Assembly: GCA_965227095.1 (NCBI GenBank)
Contig: CBDDFL010000002.1
Location: 83,025 to 147,024 of the forward strand
Length of the DNA stretch: 64,000 bases
Reading direction: 5' to 3'
Source: Alphaproteobacteria bacterium
Lineage (GTDB): Bacteria > Pseudomonadota > Alphaproteobacteria > JANQMY01
How positions within the stretch are numbered: position 1 is the stretch's first letter; every line of letters begins with the position of its first letter. Shown piece after piece: positions 51,142 to 60,819 of the stretch. Position numbers and translations under genes: made by a program. The notes under the pieces were generated by a model. That model saw only the letters and a program-made list of their open reading frames with translations. It was not told the origin of the DNA and did not search any database.

Positions 51142-51609
51142 TCACCCGTGATCCGCCAACGCGTCTTTGCCTTTGGCATCTTCTTTCGTTCCGTCGCTCT
51201 CGCCATCTTTGATGTCGATGGTTTTGATAACGACTTGGGGCTGAGGCCGTGCGAGCGTGATCCTCAACAGGCCTTGCGCCATTTCTGCTCCTGCAACCTC
51301 CATGCCGTCCGCCAGAACGAAGGCCCGTTGGAACTGGCGCGTCGCGATTCCCCGGTGAAGGTAGACTTTTTCGCGGTCATCCGTGTTTTTTCCGCGGATG
51401 ACCAGCTGGTTGTCTTCCAGGGTGATCTGCAAATCGTTGATCGAAAAACCGGCAACTGCCAGTGTAATTTGCAGATGTTCCTCGCTCAGCTGTTCAATAT
51501 TGTAGGGGGGATAGCCATCATTTGCGCTTTTCGCGACGCGATCCACAACCCGCTCAATCTGGTCAAACCCTAATAAAAAAGGGCTGCTAAAGGTCGGTGG
51601 TCGGCTCAT
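51142..51609 (-). CDS. Hsp20/alpha-crystallin family small heat-shock protein
   Basis: Contains …PPYNIEQLSEEHLQITLAVAGF…GLLRITLAR…, an ACD domain. Confidence 0.85.
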   Translation of the reverse strand: MSRPPTFSSPFLLGFDQIERVVDRVAKSANDGYPPYNIEQLSEEHLQITLAVAGFSINDLQITLEDNQLVIRGKNTDDREKVYLHRGIATRQFQRAFVLADGMEVAGAEMAQGLLRITLARPQPQVVIKTIDIKDGESDGTKEDAKGKDALADHG

Positions 51610-51719
51610 ATGGGCAAAGTCCTCCTACAAAGCGACTGCCAAAGGCCGTCTTTCCGACAAACGCGAAAACGGCCACATACATGAGGGCGCAGTCCGCTTC
51701 GGCCCTGCGCCCATGAAGA

Positions 51720-51748
51720 AAATGGGCATCAAACTGCCTATTTTCAAG
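51720..51748 (-). promoter_or_regulatory. sigma-32 (RpoH)-type heat-shock promoter for hsp20
   Basis: The minus strand reads CTTGAAA-(14 nt)-GCCCATTT, matching the RpoH consensus CTTGAAA-N13-15-CCCCATnT. It lies about 110 nt upstream of the hsp20 start. Confidence 0.55.
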
Positions 51749-51779
51749 GCTATGCGCGAAAGCTGTTGAAGCCGTAAAG

Positions 51780-53654
51780 ATGACGTGGCAAATGGGCCCG
51801 GTGGTTAACAATGCCTTAAAAACCGGATTTGACGCGTTTCTGCGGTCGCCGAACCCCGCGGCTACGATTTTATTGGAAAATCAGGCGCCAGGCGGGCAAA
51901 TCCGCCATTTTGAGAACGCTGTGGACTGGATTTGGGCCTTGACCCCGGAAGACGTGCCAAACGCCTTCCGCAGGCTCGAAACGGCCAGAAAAGACGGATT
52001 TTGGGCCGCTGGGTTTCTGTCATACGAATTGGGGTATGTGCTAGAGCCTAAGCTTCTGAAATTGCTGCCCGAAAACCGGGACACGCCCTTGCTGCTGTTT
52101 GGTCTGTTCGAGGCGCCGGCGGGCAGCGCCCCGACCCGCGCGTCTCAAAGGCCTGAATTTGCGAAACCGCGCTGCAATCCCTCGGTCGATCCTTCGGGTT
52201 TTGGGGCGGATCTGGACAAAATCAAGGATTACATCGCGGCAGGCGATACCTACCAGATCAACCATACCTTTCCGGTGCTGGTTTCAAGCGATCTGCCGGC
52301 GGCGGCGCTCTATGACCGCATCCGATTTGCGAGCCGCGGCGGCTATGGTGCTCATCTGAATTTGGGGGCCATTCAGATCTTGTCCGGCTCGCCAGAGCTG
52401 TTCTTGCGCAACACGGGCGGAAAGCTCACCTCCCGGCCAATGAAGGGCACGGCGCCGCGCGGGCGCACCAATCAAGAAGATGAATGGTGGCAGAAATGGC
52501 TCGCGAACGATCCGAAGAGTCGTGCCGAGAACCTCATGATCCTCGATCTGATCCGAAATGATATGGGGCGGGTGGCCGACATCGGATCGGTAGCTGTGTC
52601 CGATCAGTTTGCCATCGAGAAATACCCCACCCTGCACCAGATGACATCCACCGTATCCGCGACACTGCGGTCCGAGGTAACGTTCGACGACATACTCTCC
52701 GCTTTGTTCCCCTGCGGATCAATAACGGGGGCGCCGAAAATACGGTCCATGGAAATTATTCGCGAATTGGAACCCAACCCTCGGGGGGTTTATACCGGCG
52801 CGATCGGCTACATCGCCCCCAACGGGGATTTTGAGTTTAGCGTTGCCATACGCACAGCCGTTATGACCGATCAAGGCACCGGTACGTTGGGGGTTGGGTG
52901 CGGTATCGTTTGGGATTCCGACAGTAAGGCCGAATATCGTGAAGCGCTGCTAAAAGCGTCATTCTTGACCAAAGCAGACGGGCCGTTCGATCTGTTCGAA
53001 ACGATCCGCTGGACCGTGGACGGGGGCTTCCATTTGTTGGATTTTCATTTGGACCGCATGGAAGCGTCTGCGAATTATTTCCAATTTGTTTTCGACCGGG
53101 GAGCGGCCACGTCTCAACTTGAAGCAGCGGCAAAACAATTCGCGGACACAACCTGCCGTGTCAAACTAACGCTTTGTGTGGATGGCGATATGGCGGTGAC
53201 CCATGCACCGTTTCAACCTGTGCCCGACAATGCGCGCTATCGCTTGGCCGTTTCGCCCCAATTGGTGGACAGCGGTAATACCTTCCTGTTTCACAAGACC
53301 ACCAAGCGGGCCCTTTATGACGCGGAGTTTGAGCGCCTGTCCCGCGAAGAGGGGGTTGATGAAGTGCTGTTTCTCAACGAGCGGTATGAGGTGGTGGAAG
53401 GCAGCCGCACCAATCTCTTTGTTGAAAAAGAAGGCGTGTTGATCACACCGCCCGTGTCCTGTGGCCTGCTGCCCGGCTGTCTGCGGCGCGCGCTGTTGGA
53501 GGACGGTGCGATGCCCACTCTGGAAGCGCCGCTGACACTTGAAGATCTGCGCGCTGCCGACAAGATTTTTGTGGGCAATGCGTTGCGCGGGCTCGTCCGT
53601 GCGGAACTGGTAGAGACGGAACAGACATCAGACGTTGTGGCCGAAACGGCCTAG
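51780..53654 (+). CDS. pabB: aminodeoxychorismate synthase component I fused to aminodeoxychorismate lyase (PabB-PabC)
   Basis: The N-terminal two-thirds is the chorismate-binding enzyme, with SRPMKGTAPRG (PIKGT-type) and GAIGYI. The C-terminal ~250 aa is class IV aminotransferase/ADC-lyase-like. Confidence 0.8.
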   Translation: MTWQMGPVVNNALKTGFDAFLRSPNPAATILLENQAPGGQIRHFENAVDWIWALTPEDVPNAFRRLETARKDGFWAAGFLSYELGYVLEPKLLKLLPENRDTPLLLFGLFEAPAGSAPTRASQRPEFAKPRCNPSVDPSGFGADLDKIKDYIAAGDTYQINHTFPVLVSSDLPAAALYDRIRFASRGGYGAHLNLGAIQILSGSPELFLRNTGGKLTSRPMKGTAPRGRTNQEDEWWQKWLANDPKSRAENLMILDLIRNDMGRVADIGSVAVSDQFAIEKYPTLHQMTSTVSATLRSEVTFDDILSALFPCGSITGAPKIRSMEIIRELEPNPRGVYTGAIGYIAPNGDFEFSVAIRTAVMTDQGTGTLGVGCGIVWDSDSKAEYREALLKASFLTKADGPFDLFETIRWTVDGGFHLLDFHLDRMEASANYFQFVFDRGAATSQLEAAAKQFADTTCRVKLTLCVDGDMAVTHAPFQPVPDNARYRLAVSPQLVDSGNTFLFHKTTKRALYDAEFERLSREEGVDEVLFLNERYEVVEGSRTNLFVEKEGVLITPPVSCGLLPGCLRRALLEDGAMPTLEAPLTLEDLRAADKIFVGNALRGLVRAELVETEQTSDVVAETA

Positions 53655-55555
53655 CTGCCGATGATGCCGCCCCCTTTTTTAGTAATGGCAACGACCGCCG
53701 ACCGGGGCGGCATGTCCTCCTCGAAGTCCGGCCAGCGCGTGACGGGATTATCAAATACGGAGTTTGGTCCCGCCAATCCGGGATGTTGAACCGCCACAAA
53801 CAGCGTCTCACCATCCGGTGTAAATTCCGGCCCGCACAGCTCCGCCCCGTGGGGCACTTGGTAGAAATGCTTGGTCAACGCCCGTTGAGATCCATCCACT
53901 TCGCACGCCCAAACCCCGTCATTGATGCCGTCGGGGGCGCCGTCCGTGGCGATCCACAGACGTCCTTGGGGGTCGAAGGCGCAATTGTCCGGCGCGCCAA
54001 ACCATCCGCTGTCGGACAGGTTTTCGTTGTAAAGCGCTTGGTGGGTTTCGTCCTTCGGATCACCGGCTTTGATGAAAACATCCCATGTGTACTGATCGGC
54101 CGTATGGTCGCGTTTTCCGCCTGTGTCCGGTGGAATGAATTCCAGGATATGCCCATAAGGATTAGGGCCCCGCGGATTGGCGGCACCGGTTTCATCGGCG
54201 GCGCGTTTGGTGTTGTTCGTCAGCATTAGGAACACAGTGCCGGTCACCGGGTTGACGTCGATATCTTCCGGACGGTCCATGGGCGTGCCGCCCATAAAGC
54301 GCGCTGCCCGTCTGGTCTCGATCAGCACGTCAGCTTGAGAGGAAAAACCATTTTCCTTTGTGAGGGGGCCTTCCCCATGGCGCAACGGCACCCAGCTAAG
54401 CGTGCCATCTTCGCTGAAACGCCCCACCGACAGCGTGCCGTTGTCCAGCAGATCCGCATTGGCTGCCGGGTTGTCAGGATCGAAGACCCCATCGGACACA
54501 AACCGGTAGACGCATTCAAACCGGGCATCGTCGCCCTGATACACAACAACTCGGCCGTCATGGTTCAACACACAGCCTGCCCCTTCATGACGGAAGCGCC
54601 CCAAGGCTGTCCGTTTTTTGGGGACAGAAGTCGGATCATATGGATCATATTCCACAATCCATCCGAATCGGTTGGGCTCGCGGGGTTCCTGACCCATGTC
54701 GAACCGTTTGTCGGCCTTGGCATGCCACGGGCTGCGGGGCGTGCCCAACAGGCCCATGGCGCGGTGATTGAGCATTTCCGTTTCGTCAGACGGTGTGCCG
54801 CTGAAACTGAACTGAATGTTTTCTTCCGCGATCAGCACGGTATGCCAGGGGGTCTTGCCGCCGGCACAGTTAAACAACGTGCCCACCACATTCCGGCCGG
54901 TGGCATCGGTAGACGTTTTCATGCGTTCATGCCCCGCCGCCGGCCCGGTCAACACCATTTTCGTGTCCAACGCCGATATACGTCGATTAAAGGTGCTGTC
55001 CGGCACAGGCGACCACGTGCCGTCCACTTTCTTCACCTCGACGACGCTGTGGCCGATGGAGGCCAATTCCGCTCTCGCGCGATCCGCGGTCATCTTTTCC
55101 ACGGCATTGCCGAAATTCACATCGGCGAACATTTGTGTCGACACACAGAATTCGTGGTTCACGCAAAGCAGTCCGTGGTCGGAGGTTTTGGATCCCTTCG
55201 GCAAGGGCATGAATGAAATGAAGTCATTGTTTTGGCCGAACTGTTGAAGCTGTGTTTCGGCGGTGACATTGTTGGGGTCAAAGGCAGGCGCCCCTTTTTC
55301 AACCGGGTCGCCCCACCGCATCAACACCTTGGCGTCATACCCATCCGCGACCACATGATCGTCCGTCGCACCATGGGGCAGCTCCTTGAAACTCAGCCCC
55401 TCGGAGGGGCCAAAGCACCCGGCCGTGCCTAAGGACAGAGCGGTGACCGATAAGGCGGCCCCTCCGCGCAAGACGCTGCGGCGGCTAAGGCGTGTTTCGA
55501 TCATCCTTGTCAAAGGGGATTGGTCTGCAACAGGGGGTGGTGCCGGATGTTTCAT
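53651..55555 (-). CDS. phoX: PhoX-family alkaline phosphatase (Tat-secreted)
   Basis: Has a twin-arginine signal (SRRSVLRGGAALSV) and a DUF839/PhoX β-propeller-like body. Confidence 0.8.
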   Translation of the reverse strand: MKHPAPPPVADQSPLTRMIETRLSRRSVLRGGAALSVTALSLGTAGCFGPSEGLSFKELPHGATDDHVVADGYDAKVLMRWGDPVEKGAPAFDPNNVTAETQLQQFGQNNDFISFMPLPKGSKTSDHGLLCVNHEFCVSTQMFADVNFGNAVEKMTADRARAELASIGHSVVEVKKVDGTWSPVPDSTFNRRISALDTKMVLTGPAAGHERMKTSTDATGRNVVGTLFNCAGGKTPWHTVLIAEENIQFSFSGTPSDETEMLNHRAMGLLGTPRSPWHAKADKRFDMGQEPREPNRFGWIVEYDPYDPTSVPKKRTALGRFRHEGAGCVLNHDGRVVVYQGDDARFECVYRFVSDGVFDPDNPAANADLLDNGTLSVGRFSEDGTLSWVPLRHGEGPLTKENGFSSQADVLIETRRAARFMGGTPMDRPEDIDVNPVTGTVFLMLTNNTKRAADETGAANPRGPNPYGHILEFIPPDTGGKRDHTADQYTWDVFIKAGDPKDETHQALYNENLSDSGWFGAPDNCAFDPQGRLWIATDGAPDGINDGVWACEVDGSQRALTKHFYQVPHGAELCGPEFTPDGETLFVAVQHPGLAGPNSVFDNPVTRWPDFEEDMPPRSAVVAITKKGGGIIGS

Positions 55556-55658
55556 CGGAAACTCATATGATTGGTGGTCAATTGCTCAATGATGTTACCG
55601 CAACCGGGCGGAGGCGTCATGGCAATTGCATGACGCCCCAAGCTTTTCCCTCATCGTT

Positions 55659-56918
55659 TTAGCCTAAGCCCGGCACGGGATATTTGGCGGTGAGTGCCGT
55701 CACGCGCTCTGCAAGTCGGGGCAGCTCCTGGTCACTTACTGTTACATCCAAGGCATCCGCGATGATGGAGCCAATGATCTTCATGTCTTCTTCGCCCATG
55801 CCGCGGGTGGTGACTGCCGGTGTGCCGATGCGGATGCCGCTGGGCCGTAACGGGGGCAGTGGATCATCCGGAATGATCTGCTTGTTGGTGGTGAGGCCCA
55901 CCCGGTCCAGCACTTTTTCGGCCTTTGCACCGTCTAGGTCGCGCCAGGCTTTCGTGTTCACCACCAGCATGTGATTGCTGGTGCCGCCGGTTACCAGATC
56001 CGCCCCACGGTCGGTTAACGTTTCGGCCAATACGCGCGCATTGGTGAGCACTTGTTTGGCGTATCGTTTGAAGGCGTCGCTGGCTGCGTGTTTCAGGGTG
56101 ACTGCGATGGCGGCAACGGCGTTCATATGCGGGCCGCCTTGAAGCCCCGGAAAGACCGATGCATCCAGCTTCTTGGCGAAGTCTTTCTTGCACAGGATCA
56201 TCCCGCCGCGCGGACCCCGCAGAGATTTGTGGGTGGTCGTGGTCATCACGTCGAAACCGGCATCCATTGGGTTGTCCAACGCGCCGCCGGCGATCAAGCC
56301 GCCCACATGGCTCACATCGGCCATGGTCAGCGCGCCCACCTCGTCGGCAATTTCCTTGAACGGCGCATAGTCAAAATCACGCGGGTATGAGGTGTAGCCG
56401 CACAGTACCAGTTTTGGCCGGTGCTCTTTGGCCAAGTCACGCACCTGGCCCATATCGATCGCGCCTTCATTATGGGTGGTCTTGTAGCGCACGAAGTTGA
56501 ACAGCTTGCCCATATGGGACACTGGCGCGCCATGGGTCAGGTGCCCCCCATGGGACAGGTCCATGGCCAGTATTGTGTCGCCCGGCTCCAACAGACCCAA
56601 ATACACCGCCTGGTTCATGGGGGAGCCCGACAAGGGCTGCACATTGGCGTGTTCCGCCCTGAACAGGCGGCAGGCACGCTCCCGTGCCAAGTTTTCAATA
56701 TCGTCGGTATGCTCGTTCCCGCCGTAATAACGCCGGCCGGGATAGCCTTCCGAGTATTTGTTGGTGAAGACCGATCCCAGAAGCGCCAGCACCTCCGGAT
56801 AGGTGTAGTTTTCCGACGGGATCAGTTCCAAACCGGTCCGCTGCCGGTTTTCTTCGGCCAACAGGCTCTGGAACAGATCGGGATCGGTGGATTTCAGTTG
56901 GTTTCTGTAATTTTCCAT
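55659..56918 (-). CDS. glyA: serine hydroxymethyltransferase
   Basis: Contains …LELIPSENYT…TTTHKSLRGPRGG… (the PLP-Lys region). An ATG at 56918 is preceded by AGGAG. The track ORF is extended to 56984. Confidence 0.95.
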   Translation of the reverse strand: MENYRNQLKSTDPDLFQSLLAEENRQRTGLELIPSENYTYPEVLALLGSVFTNKYSEGYPGRRYYGGNEHTDDIENLARERACRLFRAEHANVQPLSGSPMNQAVYLGLLEPGDTILAMDLSHGGHLTHGAPVSHMGKLFNFVRYKTTHNEGAIDMGQVRDLAKEHRPKLVLCGYTSYPRDFDYAPFKEIADEVGALTMADVSHVGGLIAGGALDNPMDAGFDVMTTTTHKSLRGPRGGMILCKKDFAKKLDASVFPGLQGGPHMNAVAAIAVTLKHAASDAFKRYAKQVLTNARVLAETLTDRGADLVTGGTSNHMLVVNTKAWRDLDGAKAEKVLDRVGLTTNKQIIPDDPLPPLRPSGIRIGTPAVTTRGMGEEDMKIIGSIIADALDVTVSDQELPRLAERVTALTAKYPVPGLG

Positions 56919-57111
56919 GGGGCCACTCCTTTGCCAAAACAAACCGCCTGAGCATGTCCTTGAAGGTGCCCAGGCGAGCGGCAAAAGCGTCTACTGCAAG
57001 CTTCCTTGTGGTAGGCCCCACGGTTCTCGCCAGTTGCTTGCAGGTATGGTGGATCAGCCAGGCGGCCAATCGATGCCTGTTTTAGAAGCAGCTTGGTGGA
57101 AAATCAATGAC

Positions 57112-58164
57112 TCAGGGGCCGGCCATGTAGGACGTGATTTCATTGCCTTTTTGCTGGCGGAAGGTCACGCAGCGGTCGATCTGGTTTAAGACGCGGGTCA
57201 CGCCGTTGGGGAATTCGGTGACGCCAAAGCTTTTGGATTTATAGAAATTTTGCACGTCGCGATGGGCTTTCCGTGTGCAGAACCCACCCAAAATATTCGC
57301 GATTTCATTGTCGGACATCTTAAGCTTTTCTGCGACCGACGCGTAGTTTTCCTTGAGCCATCGCCAGCCGGTCCATCGATTATCGGCATTGGCGAACAAC
57401 GCCTTTAAGACCTGGCGCGATTCATCTGGGGTCAGATCATCGGAGATGACCTTGTTCAGCATCGCTTTATAGGTCTTTGAATCGCTCACCCAAGTCATGG
57501 CCGACAGGATCTGCGCGCGTTTCTTTGGGCTCTCCGTACGGTCCAGTTTTTCGAACAATAGCGGCACATAGGTGGCGCCGTCCGTTTTGACGGCAACGCT
57601 TAAGGCGAGGGCAAACCGCGCTTCTTCAAGGGCTGTCAGGCGGGATACCGCACCTGGGCGTTCCACCAGGATCTGATCGGCCAATGACAATTGATCTTCT
57701 TTGATGGCGGGGTGTTCCGCTTTTAAAGCCAGAAAGGCCAGCAATTGCACGGCGGCGGTTGATTCGGGATCTTCGGCCTTGCCCGCTTTTCGGCGCAGGT
57801 CGCCGATGCGGCCACCATATAATTCAATAAAGCGGTCCCTGACATTCGGCTTGGCATAACCCTCGACGATCGCGTCATGAATTTCAGCGAATTGCTCGAT
57901 CGGAGCCGCCGCCGCCCGCAAATCGGACGCGCGCGAAAACTGGGACAGGCCGCGCATATAGGTGCGCACAGTGATCGACCCATTATGGATGGCGCGATAG
58001 AGGTCGCGCTCCAGGACCAGGGCTTCCGATAGGGTGATTTGGTCGATGTGGTCCGGCAATTTGACACGGCCATCTTTGGCATTGGCCGCACCAATGCCCA
58101 CAAGAAAACCGACCGACACAAGCAACAACGTGAGTCGTCTTGAAATAAGTCTAGTCACGATCAC
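57112..58164 (-). CDS. hypothetical secreted all-helical protein (possible ERAP1-C-like domain)
   Basis: Has a signal peptide (LLLVSVGFLVGIGAANA). The helical-repeat assignment is only a low-confidence resemblance. Confidence 0.45.
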   Translation of the reverse strand: MIVTRLISRRLTLLLVSVGFLVGIGAANAKDGRVKLPDHIDQITLSEALVLERDLYRAIHNGSITVRTYMRGLSQFSRASDLRAAAAPIEQFAEIHDAIVEGYAKPNVRDRFIELYGGRIGDLRRKAGKAEDPESTAAVQLLAFLALKAEHPAIKEDQLSLADQILVERPGAVSRLTALEEARFALALSVAVKTDGATYVPLLFEKLDRTESPKKRAQILSAMTWVSDSKTYKAMLNKVISDDLTPDESRQVLKALFANADNRWTGWRWLKENYASVAEKLKMSDNEIANILGGFCTRKAHRDVQNFYKSKSFGVTEFPNGVTRVLNQIDRCVTFRQQKGNEITSYMAGP

Positions 58165-58457
58165 GACTTCCGGAACAAACAGAGATCAATGAGTTCTTAT
58201 CTGACGCTCATATGGTTAATAAAATTATGACAAGCCTATGGCGATCCTGTGTTCCATTCAAGTTTGCGACACTTTGGCAGAGGAAAGGGTAAAGATTTCT
58301 GCGCGATTGGCCCAAGAATCCCTTGCGGCAGGGTGGTTTACCCCGCAAATCGCGTGGCAGATCGTTTGGATTTGTCCGGTTCCTTCATTACAACAGGCAG
58401 CAATGAGCCATTTTAAGGAGGCGCGCTTGCCGACCGCAAACCGCCGGAAAGAGAATT

Positions 58458-59390
58458 ATGTTTGAGTCCATCGATCAGATAACGGAGAGCTTGGGGAGCG
58501 TCGGCTATATCAGCACGCGTGAAATCTCCACGGCCCTATACATTGCCCGTCATCTGGAAAAGCCCATTCTCATCGAAGGGCCGGCCGGTGTCGGTAAGAC
58601 CGACCTCGCGCAATCCACCGCCAAATCAACGGGCCTGCCGCTCGTGCGCCTTCAATGTTACGAAGGCTTGGACGAAAGCAAGGCGCTCTATGAATGGAAA
58701 TACGGCAAACAGCTTCTCTATACGCAGATCTTGAAGGAAAAACTGCACGACATTTTGGGGGATGCCGGCACGGTCGACCAATCCTTCTCGAAATTGCATG
58801 CTTTTGACGATCTGTTCTTCTCGGAAGATTTTCTGGAACCTCGTGCCCTGCTGCGGGCGCTGCGCCACGACAACGGTGCTGTTTTGCTGATCGATGAAAT
58901 CGACAAATCGGATGAAGAGTTCGAGGCGTTCTTGTTGGAAATCTTGTCCGAGTTCCAAGTAACGATCCCAGAGATCGGCACGGTGAAGGCTAAGACAGCG
59001 CCATTGGTGATGCTCACCTCGAACAATACCCGCGAAATCAGCGATGCATTGAAGCGCCGCTGCTTGCACTTGCATATCTCCTTCCCGGAAGAAGCGCGCG
59101 AACGGGAGATTGTGGCGGCCAGGGTGCCGGGCATCAATGACGCCTTGCTGAAACAATTGGTGGGCTTCGTGCACGAGCTGCGGGATGAAGAGCTTAAGAA
59201 ATTGCCGTCAATCAGTGAGACGGTGGACTGGGCCCGCGTTCTCATGTTGATGCATGCGGATCATCTGGAAAGCGACCTTATTCGTGACACGTTGAATGTG
59301 CTGTTGAAGTTCGAGACCGATATTCAAACCGTGGAAAATAAAATCGACGGCATGCGGCGCAAAGCGGAAGGGCGGCCTCCGGTCGGTTAA
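58458..59390 (+). CDS. MoxR/CoxD-family AAA+ ATPase
   Basis: Contains GPAGVGKT (Walker A) and LLIDEIDK (Walker B). 310 aa. Confidence 0.8.
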   Translation: MFESIDQITESLGSVGYISTREISTALYIARHLEKPILIEGPAGVGKTDLAQSTAKSTGLPLVRLQCYEGLDESKALYEWKYGKQLLYTQILKEKLHDILGDAGTVDQSFSKLHAFDDLFFSEDFLEPRALLRALRHDNGAVLLIDEIDKSDEEFEAFLLEILSEFQVTIPEIGTVKAKTAPLVMLTSNNTREISDALKRRCLHLHISFPEEAREREIVAARVPGINDALLKQLVGFVHELRDEELKKLPSISETVDWARVLMLMHADHLESDLIRDTLNVLLKFETDIQTVENKIDGMRRKAEGRPPVG

Positions 59391-59403
59391 GGCGCAAACC
59401 CTC

Positions 59404-60759
59404 GTGGATAAGACGATCACCAATTTCATTCGCGCCCTACGCGCAGCAGACGTACCGGTGTCCATCGGCGAAAGCGTCGATGCGTTGAAGACCGCTGCCA
59501 TGATTGGCTATAGCGACCGCCAGTTCCTGAAAGATTCGCTGGGCACGGTGGTGGCGAAATCGGTGGAAGAAAAAGAGGTCTTCGACCAAATCTTCGAAAT
59601 CTATTTTGCGCGCGATGAGACACCGCCACCCTCGCCAAGCGGCGACAGCGAGGATCAGCAATCGTCACCGGAGGGCGGCGAGGGGCAGCCCACCGACGCT
59701 GACAGTCTGCTCGACATGATCGAAAACAATGATGCATTGGGCATGCAGATGGCCATGGAAAATGCGGCCCAGCAGATCAATGTGCAGCAGATCCGTTTTT
59801 CCACTCAACGGGGCATCATGACCCGCCGCATGCTGGAAGAAATGGGCCTGCGCGAATTGGAACAGCGCATCTTCGACCTCCGCCGCGAAGGCACGGCCGA
59901 CGCCGAAGAAGAAGCGGACGCGCTGGACGCTGCCCGCGCGCAATTGTTGGCCCAAGGCCGGTCCTTTGTGGATCGGCAATATCGGGCCCATGGCGAAGCC
60001 GCCACCGAACGGTTCATGGAAGATTATCTGTCACGCGCGCGCCTGAGCGACCTTGACCGTCACGATATGATCCGTATGCGCCGGTTGATCCGCAAAATGG
60101 CCAAACGCTTGGCGGCAAAACACAGCCGCCGCAAAAAAGCGAACAATCAGGGCAAGCTCGACATTCGGCGCACCATGCGCGCCAATGCAGCTTATGACGG
60201 TGTGCCCTTTGAAACGGTGTGGCGCCGGCAACGGCGGGAACGCGCGAAAGTGATTGCTATTTGCGATGTGTCCGGTTCGGTCGCCGCCTTCGCCCAGTTC
60301 TTGTTGATGCTGCTCTACAGTCTAACCGAAGTCATTCCGGATATCCGGTCTTTTGCGTTCTCCAATCGCTTGGTGGAAATCAGCGATGATCTCGAAGCGC
60401 TGAGCGTGGAAGAAGTGATCCCAAAAGTTCTCAAAGACATTGGCTTTGGCTCCACGGATTATGGGCGAGCCTTTGCGGACCTTCAGGAACAGGCTTGGGA
60501 CCAAATGGACCGCCGTACCACGGTGATTATGTTGGGCGACGGACGCTCAAATTATGGCGATCCGCGCATCGATTTGGTGAAAGAACTCAGTGGCCGGATC
60601 AAGCGTGTGGTCTGGCTCAACCCGGAAGCGGAAACACTGTGGGGCACGGGCGATTCGGAAATGCTGCGCTACCGGCCCTTCCTCCATGTGTTGCGGCGCT
60701 GCCATACGGTGAAGGATCTCGAATTGGCGGTGGACGACATATTGCGGTCCTACGCCTGA
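59404..60759 (+). CDS. VWA-domain protein (CoxE-like partner of MoxR ATPase)
   Basis: The C-terminal VWA domain contains a MIDAS-like motif (ICDVSGSV…LGDGRSN). The start codon is GTG. Confidence 0.75.
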   Translation: MDKTITNFIRALRAADVPVSIGESVDALKTAAMIGYSDRQFLKDSLGTVVAKSVEEKEVFDQIFEIYFARDETPPPSPSGDSEDQQSSPEGGEGQPTDADSLLDMIENNDALGMQMAMENAAQQINVQQIRFSTQRGIMTRRMLEEMGLRELEQRIFDLRREGTADAEEEADALDAARAQLLAQGRSFVDRQYRAHGEAATERFMEDYLSRARLSDLDRHDMIRMRRLIRKMAKRLAAKHSRRKKANNQGKLDIRRTMRANAAYDGVPFETVWRRQRRERAKVIAICDVSGSVAAFAQFLLMLLYSLTEVIPDIRSFAFSNRLVEISDDLEALSVEEVIPKVLKDIGFGSTDYGRAFADLQEQAWDQMDRRTTVIMLGDGRSNYGDPRIDLVKELSGRIKRVVWLNPEAETLWGTGDSEMLRYRPFLHVLRRCHTVKDLELAVDDILRSYA

Positions 60760-60819
60760 GGACAGCCATAAGGGCCTCATGCTCCGTGCTCGCTGGCCGT
60801 TTTGGCTACGTTTCTAACG

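Noticed and set aside
58238-58465. 75-aa plus-strand ORF just upstream of the MoxR gene.
   Set aside because: It overlaps the MoxR start, has no Shine-Dalgarno or motifs, and is probably a 5' leader or promoter region.
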